32,000 nucleotides of DNA from Horticoccus luteus. Lineage in GTDB: Bacteria > Verrucomicrobiota > Verrucomicrobiia > Opitutales > Opitutaceae. The notes under the pieces were generated by a model that saw only the letters and a list, made by a program, of their open reading frames with translations, ran no database searches and was not told where the DNA came from. The stretch covers positions 3,840,001 through 3,872,000 of the forward strand of contig NZ_CP080507.1 in NCBI RefSeq assembly GCF_019464535.1. Reading direction: 5' to 3'. How positions within the stretch are numbered: position 1 is the first letter of the stretch; each line of letters begins with the position of its first letter. A program made the position numbers and the translations under genes. Positions 16,697-23,206 of the stretch are shown here, in pieces.

Positions 16697-17592
16697 GGTT
16701 TTCGTCGATGTGTTTGTCAGCGGCCCCACCCATGAGCTGCTGCCCACGCCGACGATCGTGCCCGGGACCGGAGCCCGTATCGTGCAGGCGGGTTACTATG
16801 CCCGGTGGGTCGGGCGGCTGGAACTCACGGTGGACCTGGAAACCAGGAAGGTGATCGAGGCCGCGGGCGAGGCGATCCCCATGAGACATGACCGGACGCC
16901 GGTCGACGCCGCGATGCTGGCCTGGGTGCGGCAGCGGGAGAGTGAATTGTGCCCGGAGGCGAGCGACGTGCTGGTGAAGGACTCCGGGATGTTGACCATG
17001 AATGAGGTGGCCTGGCTGGGAGCGGCGGCGCTGCGGCGCCAGGCAAAAACCGATGTGGGCTTCTGCCATGCCGGGCAGGGTCATCCGCAGTCCGATCTTC
17101 CCGGGACCGCTCGACGTCAACGCCCTGTTCCTCGCCGGCGGGGATCGCGGCAACGCCACGGTGCGCACGGAACTGACCGGCGCGGAGATCGAGGCCTATT
17201 TGCGGGCGTTGGGTGAGCGACAGGATCAGACGAGCTGGTCCGGGTTCAAGGTCGTGTCGGGGGCGGCGAATCCCGGGCGATTGGCCACGGACCTGGAGCC
17301 GGCGCGGAGTTACACGGTGATCATGCCGGCTAAGGAATGGGACACCCGGTTTCTGCGGATGGTCGAAAACGCCAGGAAGTCCAGCCGCGGCAACCCACTC
17401 ACGGCGCGCCCGTTTGCCGCGACTCCCGCCCCGACGGTGTCGTTCACCGTGGCCATGCGAAACTACGTGGAGCAGCTGACGGCGGCGAAACAATCGCTCA
17501 AGGCGGAGGCGGACCGCTTGTCCACCGCGACCGGCGCACGGCCGACCGCCCCGGCCGATTGGGCGGCCACCGCGGGTCAGGCCGGTCGCTGA
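16697..17592 (+). pseudogene. 5'-nucleotidase / metallophosphatase family protein, C-terminal portion, frameshifted
   Basis: VDVFVSGPTHELL ... IVQAGYYARWVGRLELTVDLETRKV ... then, after a frameshift near 17070, VIRSPIFPGPLDVNALF ... VRTELTGAEIEAYLE-like. This resembles the end of the phosphoesterase domain plus the 5'-nucleotidase C-terminal domain. Host-like high GC, native stop at 17592, N-terminus replaced by repeat B1. Confidence 0.6.
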
Positions 17593-17699
17593 AGGCTCCG
17601 GGCGGAGTGCCCGTGCGAGTGGGTGACGCGGCGCGGAGCTCTCTCGTGAACGACGTCCAGGTTTGAGCCGGCAATCCTGCGTGTTGCAGTGTATAAAGG

Positions 17700-17862
17700 G
17701 CGCTCCGCATTTCTCCCCCGCCCGTAGGACCGCCGCGGGTCGGCGCGCCCACAACAAAGCGACTAAGCGCGCTCGTCGCGACGGCCTGCACCCGCAACCG
17801 GGCTTGTTCAACCCGCGTCCCGCTGCGCGCTACGGCGCAGCAGAACGCTCAGAGTTGGGCTC
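17700..17862. repeat. Repeat A copy 2 (divergent extension 17700-17799; conserved core 17800-17862; attC-like core 17806-17860)
   Basis: The core GTTCAAC...GCTGCGCgctacgGCGCAGC...GTTGGGC is near-identical to copies 1 and 3. ORF 17830-18507 reads into the core and stops at the TAG inside the palindrome loop. Confidence 0.85.
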
Positions 17863-18507
17863 CTTCTTCTTCAACATCTCGTCATAGTTCGGTGGAGGTT
17901 CGTGCCGAATCTCAATCCTGGCATTCTCAATCTCGCTGATCTTCTGCACAATGGCCGGCTCGTCAGGATGGAGTTTCGCATACTCTCTCAGGTGCGACAA
18001 GGCCTTCGCCTTGTCTCCTTGGCTGAGGTAGACAAACGCCAGCGTGTAGTGGGCGTCGGTGACGCCAAGTGCCAAAGCCTTCTCCAGATAGGCAATGCTA
18101 TCTTTCTGCCGGGCGGCCGTGGCGGACAGAAAGGCGCCGTAATAGAAATTCGCTCGGCTGTCGTTGGGCTTCAACTCCAGCAGCCGATCGAAAGCCTTGA
18201 AATACTTCTGCGCACAACCCTCGAAATCGAGATTGTGCCCCATCGCATTCGCAAAACCGTCACGAAACAATAGCTCTGGATTGTCGGGATACTGAGCGAC
18301 TGCGGCGTCCAGCATCACAAGCAATTCCCTAAGCTGAGCCTCGATCTGCCTCCGTTCCGCCACCGAAGAAAAACTCGGCGGGAAGTCTTGGGCGTGGGGA
18401 GCGATCACCGACAATGTCGAGTCAATCGACTTCAGGCTCAGCGACACTTCCTTTGCCGACAAACCTGTAACTGCAATCAAGACGACGGTCAAAAAGATGG
18501 AACGCAT
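17830..18507 (-). CDS. secreted TPR-repeat protein (island cargo 2)
   Basis: ATG at 18507 gives the signal peptide MRSIFLTVVLIAVTGLSA. TPR-like helices follow (AQKYFKAFDRLLELKPNDSRANFYYGAFL, YLEKALALG, AHYTLAFVYLSQGDKAKALSHLREYAKLHPDEP). The longer ORF-track form (to 18693) runs antisense through repeat B2. Confidence 0.75.
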   Translation of the reverse strand: MRSIFLTVVLIAVTGLSAKEVSLSLKSIDSTLSVIAPHAQDFPPSFSSVAERRQIEAQLRELLVMLDAAVAQYPDNPELLFRDGFANAMGHNLDFEGCAQKYFKAFDRLLELKPNDSRANFYYGAFLSATAARQKDSIAYLEKALALGVTDAHYTLAFVYLSQGDKAKALSHLREYAKLHPDEPAIVQKISEIENARIEIRHEPPPNYDEMLKKKEPNSERSAAP

Positions 18508-18523
18508 TTGGTTTAGCCCAGGC

Positions 18524-18529
18524 ATTATA
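18524..18529 (-). promoter_or_regulatory. perfect -10 hexamer TATAAT facing out of repeat B2 into cargo ORF 2
   Basis: The minus strand reads gcagcTATAATGcctgggctaaaccaaATG. This is the same geometry as at B1. Confidence 0.3.
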
Positions 18530-18654
18530 GCTGCGATGACGGAGCGGAAAGCGAAGAGGGTGCTTGTCCTTGGTGAACGCGGGTTACGCTCGAAGAGCGC
18601 CGATCGGCAGGGGTGTGGCGTGTAACCGAGACAACCAAAACCAGAGGCAAGCAC

Positions 18655-18926
18655 ATGAAGCTCAAGCAAAGATACGTGGGCCTGGATGTCCACAAAGATA
18701 CAATCACGATAGCGACGGCGGAAGGCAGCCGCGAAGGCGAGTTGCGCGTGTATGGACAGGTGAGTTCAGACCTGCGGGTGTTGGAGAAGACGTTGCGCAA
18801 GATCCGGATAACGGGAGCAATGCGAAGGTCTTTCGTCGAGCTTGGAAACTTGGCGTGTGCAACGTGCTCGGGCGGGGGCCTGCAATTCGCTTCGCTTGTC
18901 AAGAGTCAAGGCGTGCGGTTTTATGG
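18655..18926 (+). pseudogene. IS110-family transposase, N-terminal fragment
   Basis: MKLKQRYVGLDVHKDTITIATAEGSREGELRVYGQVSSDLRVLEKTLRKIR..., truncated at 18926. Confidence 0.75.
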
Positions 18927-18983
18927 CTTTACTTACGGCGGGAGATTATACACCCGCCTTCTCGTTCCTACTGGTTCGGCTTT

Positions 18984-19376
18984 TCATCTGCTGGAATATT
19001 CTCGATGCACCTTATCGAACGGAGCGTCGGCCAACGCATCGTAGACTCGAGTGGAACAGAGCCCGATGACGATCAAGTGCGTCCGCGTGGTCGAATCCCG
19101 CTGAAGAATCGACTTTGCGTCCATCGGATACTGATAGCTGTGTCTATAAAGTGTGTTGCCGACCTTTACGAACGGAAGCCACCGCCAAAACGGGCGTTCG
19201 ATTTCGACCCTCGCAATCAAATCACCGCTTCGCTCTTTTGCGGCCTCTCGATTGCTCGTGGTAGAAGCGAATTGTGACGAGTAGCAGCTGATTAAGCCGG
19301 TCTGATCGATCGCCGCCAAAATCAGCACGGATGCTCCGAGAATCGCTGCGATTTTCTTTTGAGGGAATATGGCCAT
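18984..19376 (-). CDS. small N-terminally anchored/secreted hypothetical protein (island cargo)
   Basis: ATG at 19376 gives MAIFPQKKIAAILGASVLILAAI. AT-rich with no recognisable domain. The ORF-track start at 19400 is a GTG inside repeat C1. Confidence 0.55.
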   Translation of the reverse strand: MAIFPQKKIAAILGASVLILAAIDQTGLISCYSSQFASTTSNREAAKERSGDLIARVEIERPFWRWLPFVKVGNTLYRHSYQYPMDAKSILQRDSTTRTHLIVIGLCSTRVYDALADAPFDKVHREYSSR

Positions 19377-19393
19377 TTTTTGCCGTTCACTTT

Positions 19394-19457
19394 TATTCAC
19401 CCTTACCCGATTGCCTTACCCGAAAGGGATTCATGGGAATAAACATGCACACAACGC
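19394..19457. repeat. Repeat C copy 1 (upstream module with tandem CCTTACCCGA x2)
   Basis: tattcaCCCTTACCCGAttgCCTTACCCGAaaggg..tcatgggaata.acatgcacacaacgc is shared with 21655-21718. It lies immediately 5' (minus-strand sense) of ORF 18984-19376. Confidence 0.8.
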
Positions 19458-19471
19458 GCGACGGCTAAGAT

Positions 19472-19591
19472 GGGGTCAAGACGCTAGTTGGTAATCCCAG
19501 CTTTGAGACGTGCTTATTAATGTTCCATTGCACTACAAGTAGGCAAGGCAGGGCTGTACGATGCAAAATTAACAACTAGTGCCTTGACCCC
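19472..19591. repeat. 120-bp AT-rich element bounded by 19-bp imperfect terminal inverted repeats (MITE-like or long hairpin)
   Basis: GGGGTCAAGACGCTAGTTG at 19472-19490 versus CAACTAGTGCCTTGACCCC at 19573-19591. 16 of 19 positions are complementary, with a central 3-nt mismatch. Confidence 0.6.
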
Positions 19592-19635
19592 GCTCCACGG
19601 CTACAACAACCGGCTGAGCGGGTGGGCCATGCGCT

Positions 19636-19861
19636 CCGCCGCGCGGCGGTTCGTGCCCTTCCGCGGCGGACGCCCTCTCGGCGGACGAAAACCGACCCCG
19701 CCGGCACGCGTGCCTGCGACCGGCGCTGTGTCCGCCACCGGTGGGCGGCCACTACAAAACGCATAAGCGGCGGTCGGAGCCGCGGCCGCCTTCGTCCCAA
19801 GCTTGTTCAACCCGCGTCCCGCTGCGCGCTACGGCGCAGCAGAACGCTCAGAGTTAGGCTC
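19636..19861. repeat. Repeat A copy 3 (long form; attC-like core 19805-19859)
   Basis: Starts with the same CCGCCGCGCGGCGG palindrome as copy 1. The core is GTTCAAC...GCTGCGCgctacgGCGCAGC...GTTAGGC. The core begins 2-3 nt after the TAA stop of ORF 19863-20408. Confidence 0.85.
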
Positions 19862-19862
19862 T

Positions 19863-20408
19863 TTATACATAGCGCTCGATGTGCTTCTTATCAGATAGAA
19901 AAAACGACGCTACGAATCTCGCATTATCGGAGTAGGCAAGCTTCCCAACAGCCGATGTAAAGTGCAGCTCGTGGTCGTGACTGGGCTTCCTTCCAATTAC
20001 GCTCCATGCAATCCAAAGACCGATCAACGCTTCCAACTCTTCTTCTTTCTTCTCGTGGAGCGCGTCGAAACACGGGATAACGTCGGATTCTATCGCTCCG
20101 TGCGGAAGCTGCAAAAGAAAGCTACACAAACCCTGTATAGCTGCGACGAATCGCGAACGAACAGAAAGGTCGATGCCCTGCACGATACCAGCGTGAAGTC
20201 GCGAATAGTCGTGCTTTCCGAGAAAGCGCTCTATGCGCGCAAGAGTGCCGACAATCACTGCACTCTGGTAAATATCGCCGAACAGCGCCTCTTTCTTCTC
20301 AATGCCAAGCTGCGGGAATCGGGCTTCGAGTGGCCCAATCGTGTCCGACGTAAAATTGAAGGCCCACATCAGCACTTGCCCGTGTGGTGTGCGAAGATCA
20401 GCGGGCAT
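19863..20408 (-). CDS. hypothetical protein (about 181 aa, island cargo; last gene of a 3-gene operon)
   Basis: ATG at 20408 (MPADLRTPHGQVLMW...). The ORF-track start at 20420 is TTG. Lower GC than core genes, no recognisable domain, no signal peptide. Confidence 0.6.
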   Translation of the reverse strand: MPADLRTPHGQVLMWAFNFTSDTIGPLEARFPQLGIEKKEALFGDIYQSAVIVGTLARIERFLGKHDYSRLHAGIVQGIDLSVRSRFVAAIQGLCSFLLQLPHGAIESDVIPCFDALHEKKEEELEALIGLWIAWSVIGRKPSHDHELHFTSAVGKLAYSDNARFVASFFLSDKKHIERYV

Positions 20409-20491
20409 ATTTTTTGCCAACGTCAGCAGTCAGCCACGGAGGGGAGCGTCAGTTCCCCGGAGTTGGCTGTGATGCTCTGGATCGGCCTGCT

Positions 20492-20986
20492 TCATTTCTC
20501 GAGGAGTTTCTTCTTCGCAGCCTCAAACTCCGCATCAGTGATGATGCCCTTCTTTCGCAGATCATCGAGCTTGGTAAGCTCGGTGTAGAGATCCGGAGCT
20601 TTCTCTTCTTTTGTCTTAACGTCCGCGGCGATCTTCTCGGTCTTCTCGACCACGATGTCCGCTCGGGGCACTAGAGCTGTGCGCTTCGCTTCGGGATCAT
20701 CTTTGTCAACGACGCGAAACTGGTAATCGAACGACGCGAACTGACCGATCGCCATCGGCGTCTCTTGAGTCGAAAGTGGGATTGCCACTTTCCCTTGCTT
20801 GGCGGCGAACTCATTCGCTTCATGTATAACCTCCGCCTTCATCTTGCTGGCGTTCCCGAATATGCCGCCCTTGTCCGTGCGCGAGATAAAGTATGTGTCT
20901 GGCGAAATCTGCACGACGCCGGGATTGGCGCAACCGGCTAAAATCAGGGAACAGCATGCTAGAAACGTGAGGACTAAGGGTTTCAT
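20492..20986 (-). CDS. lipoprotein with C-terminal SHOCT domain
   Basis: Lipobox MKPLVLTFLACCSLILAGC. The C-terminus LTKLDDLRKKGIITDAEFEAAKKKLL is the SHOCT (short C-terminal oligomerisation) motif. Confidence 0.8.
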   Translation of the reverse strand: MKPLVLTFLACCSLILAGCANPGVVQISPDTYFISRTDKGGIFGNASKMKAEVIHEANEFAAKQGKVAIPLSTQETPMAIGQFASFDYQFRVVDKDDPEAKRTALVPRADIVVEKTEKIAADVKTKEEKAPDLYTELTKLDDLRKKGIITDAEFEAAKKKLLEK

Positions 20987-21633
20987 AATTCTTCTGCCGA
21001 TGTTATAGGTGAGACGCGAGGGGGCGCAGCCACCTCGTTGTCTGTGCCGTCTTGTTCGCCCTCTGCCGGTTTTCGCAAAGATGTCAGCCGATCAAACTGA
21101 TCAGGCGACATGTGAGAAATAACATGAATAGCCGACTTTCCCTCTATCAACCCCCTAATCTTCTTTCTGATCTGGTGCTGATCCTCCTCAATCTCTCCAT
21201 AACCCTTTGGATAATAAGATGAACTCTTTATATGGCCCTTATCAAATTCGTAACCTAAGCATTCCGCCATGTCGTGAAGAAGATCTACGAGCAATTCTGC
21301 TCGCCGATGATTCCATGACTCAGGTGGGTAGCTGTGGTCGCCGAGATGCGCGTGATACAGCTTCCATGCCGACACCACTCGCTTTTCTTCCGCGCCTCGA
21401 TGATCGAACTCGATGTCTATCAGATTCAATGCCTCAACGTGCGTCGGAGACAGTGATGAAGCGCGAGTCGCCATCAGCGTGCGGAACACATGAATCTGCC
21501 GATCACGCTTTTCTTTCTTCAGGCGTAGACCTTCCGTCACGCGAACTGCGAGGTAAGGCCCTGCAAACACCGCGAGAATCATCACGAGGTCGGTCGCTCT
21601 GGCGGTCCAATCTATGGCCAATGCTGCGATCAT
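20983..21633 (-). CDS. N-terminally membrane-anchored hypothetical protein (216 aa; possibly DUF6680-like)
   Basis: ATG at 21633. One N-terminal TM segment (LVMILAVFAGPYLAV), then a helical soluble domain (IHVFRTLMATRASSLSPTHVEALNLIDIEF). The stop overlaps the start of the SHOCT gene (ATGA). The family assignment is from memory and tentative. Confidence 0.65.
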   Translation of the reverse strand: MIAALAIDWTARATDLVMILAVFAGPYLAVRVTEGLRLKKEKRDRQIHVFRTLMATRASSLSPTHVEALNLIDIEFDHRGAEEKRVVSAWKLYHAHLGDHSYPPESWNHRRAELLVDLLHDMAECLGYEFDKGHIKSSSYYPKGYGEIEEDQHQIRKKIRGLIEGKSAIHVISHMSPDQFDRLTSLRKPAEGEQDGTDNEVAAPPRVSPITSAEEL

Positions 21634-21654
21634 GGTTTTCTTCGGCGAACAATG

Positions 21655-21718
21655 TATTCACCCTTACCCGATTGCCTTACCCGAAAGGGGCTCATGGGAA
21701 TAGACATGCACACAACGC
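21655..21718. repeat. Repeat C copy 2 (upstream module with tandem CCTTACCCGA x2)
   Basis: Near-identical to 19394-19457. It lies 22-85 bp 5' (minus-strand sense) of ORF 20983-21633. Confidence 0.8.
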
Positions 21719-21790
21719 TCGGAGTATCAATACTTGCGCAGCTTGGGTAAGTTTTTTCGTCCTAGGCGGGGCACGTTCGTGCGGAATCGA

Positions 21791-21940
21791 CGAAATGCTG
21801 AGGCGTTCCGCCACACGAGCCGCGCGGACGGCAGGGATCAAACGAAACGCTGACGCGTTCCGGCACTCGACTGACGCGGACTGAGACCGATAGCGCGAAA
21901 TGCTCACGCGTTCCGATACAGGACCGGGCGGACCAGCGCC
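21791..21940. repeat. tandem repeat, 52-53-bp unit, about 3 copies, each starting with the imperfect palindrome CGAAAYGCTSASGCGTTCCG
   Basis: 20-mers at 21791-21810, 21843-21862 and 21896-21915. The intervening 32-33 bp also align with each other (..CAC.CGA....CGCGGAC.G..). Located between the island and the stop of the nucleoside hydrolase gene. Confidence 0.7.
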
Positions 21941-21953
21941 AAAAAGGCGTCCC

Positions 21954-23006
21954 TCAATCCTCGTGGCGCACGCGCGCGAGTTTCGGCGGCGCCACCATCA
22001 ACGCTTCGATCACCGCCGCGAGGCGCGCCGGATCGCCGGCAATCTTCACATACGCCTGCGCGCTCCCGTCCGTCTCCACCCAGTTACTATTTCCGTCCGC
22101 CGCCAATTCCACACGCCCACCGCGCACGAGCGTCCAAAATTCTTTCTCCGACCCACGCACCGTATAAAGCGCCGCCGCTTGGTCATAGCTCGGCTTGCCC
22201 TTTTCGATCGCCGCCGGCCCGTGACTCAAAAACTGGTAACGCGTCTCGAACGCGCGGCGCACCGGATTGTGTTTCGCCACCGATTTGAGTCCGGCTCCCG
22301 TAATGAGAACCCGCCCCACTTCGTCGCCCTGCCAGATAATCTCTCCCGGCCACTCCGCCACCACGATGCGCGCCGGCTCGGGATGCGTGGCGATGTTCGT
22401 CTCCGGCTTCGACGACACAGGAAATTCGCCCGCCATGACCACCAGCCGATGCACCTTCTGCCGCACGAGGTCCGGCGCCGCCCGCCACAACGCCGCGAGA
22501 TTCGAGAACGATCCAATGCTGCAAATTGTCACGCTGCCGTCCGGCTGCGCCTGCAGCGTTTCCCGATACACCTTCAACGCGTCCGGCATCGCGTCGTCCG
22601 GCCCCGCGTGATGCGGAAACTCGTCGCGCAACACCGTGGTAAACGTGCTCCGCCGCCGCAGCGCTGTCGGCGCCTGCTTGTCCGTGCCGATCGGAATATC
22701 CCCGCGCCCGTAGTAAGTATTGATTACGTCAACCGCCGCCGCCGAAGCGTTCGTCAAATCCCGGCGATTCGTCACGACGGCCAGGATCCGGCACTCGCCG
22801 CGATCCGCCAGCGCATGCAACACCGCGAGCGCACCCACATCGTCGCAATCCCCCGACATGTCGGTGTCGAGGATCACCGCCACCGGAGCCGCCGCGGGCC
22901 CCGCCGGCGCAACGGCGCAAAGCCCGCCGCACGCGAAGATCAACATCGCCAGCCGTCCGGCCGTCGCAGCCGCCACGCGCAAAAACCAAAATCGCCAAAG
23001 CGTCAT
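21954..23006 (-). CDS. secreted inosine/uridine-preferring nucleoside hydrolase family protein
   Basis: An N-terminal hydrophobic signal, then VILDTDMSGDCDDVGALAVLHAL, which is the DTDxxxDD aspartate cluster of IUNH-family hydrolases. Confidence 0.8.
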   Translation of the reverse strand: MTLWRFWFLRVAAATAGRLAMLIFACGGLCAVAPAGPAAAPVAVILDTDMSGDCDDVGALAVLHALADRGECRILAVVTNRRDLTNASAAAVDVINTYYGRGDIPIGTDKQAPTALRRRSTFTTVLRDEFPHHAGPDDAMPDALKVYRETLQAQPDGSVTICSIGSFSNLAALWRAAPDLVRQKVHRLVVMAGEFPVSSKPETNIATHPEPARIVVAEWPGEIIWQGDEVGRVLITGAGLKSVAKHNPVRRAFETRYQFLSHGPAAIEKGKPSYDQAAALYTVRGSEKEFWTLVRGGRVELAADGNSNWVETDGSAQAYVKIAGDPARLAAVIEALMVAPPKLARVRHED

Positions 23007-23206
23007 CCCTCATCGCTGAGCACTATCATCGATTCCGCCAACTGTATACACCGCGCAGATTCATCTGGCCGACGCAAAATGCTGCTTCCGCCGCTGGCCG
23101 GCCTCCTCTTCACATTCTGCTGCGTCTCCGCTCAGGCACCCGATTTTTCGCCTCGATTCACTTCCGGCGGGTTCTCACGCTTCGCGATAATTCCAGCCTG
23201 TTCTTA

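Larger units (their letters stand above)
18516..18926 (+). mobile_element. Repeat B copy 2: IS110-family element 5' fragment, truncated at the same position as copy 1
   Basis: See copy 1. The leader contains better-formed hairpins than copy 1 (CGCTCgaaGAGCG, GCCGATCGGC). Confidence 0.8.

Noticed and set aside
16293-17811. Minus-strand ORFs 16293-17168 and 16825-17811 across the 5'-nucleotidase fragment.
   Set aside because: They are Arg/Pro-rich antisense frames of a segment whose plus-strand translation has clear 5'-nucleotidase-family similarity.
16284-18926. A diversity-generating retroelement (template/variable repeat) explanation for the two B copies or the A copies.
   Set aside because: The differences between copies are not adenine-specific (C/T, G/A, T/G and indels all occur). 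No reverse transcriptase is present, and the repeats are not in the 3' end of a target gene.
21791-21915. A possible mini-CRISPR array (20-nt repeats with 32-33-nt spacers).
   Set aside because: The repeats are too short and not identical. The 'spacers' align with each other, so this is a 52-53-bp tandem repeat. There are no cas genes in the window.
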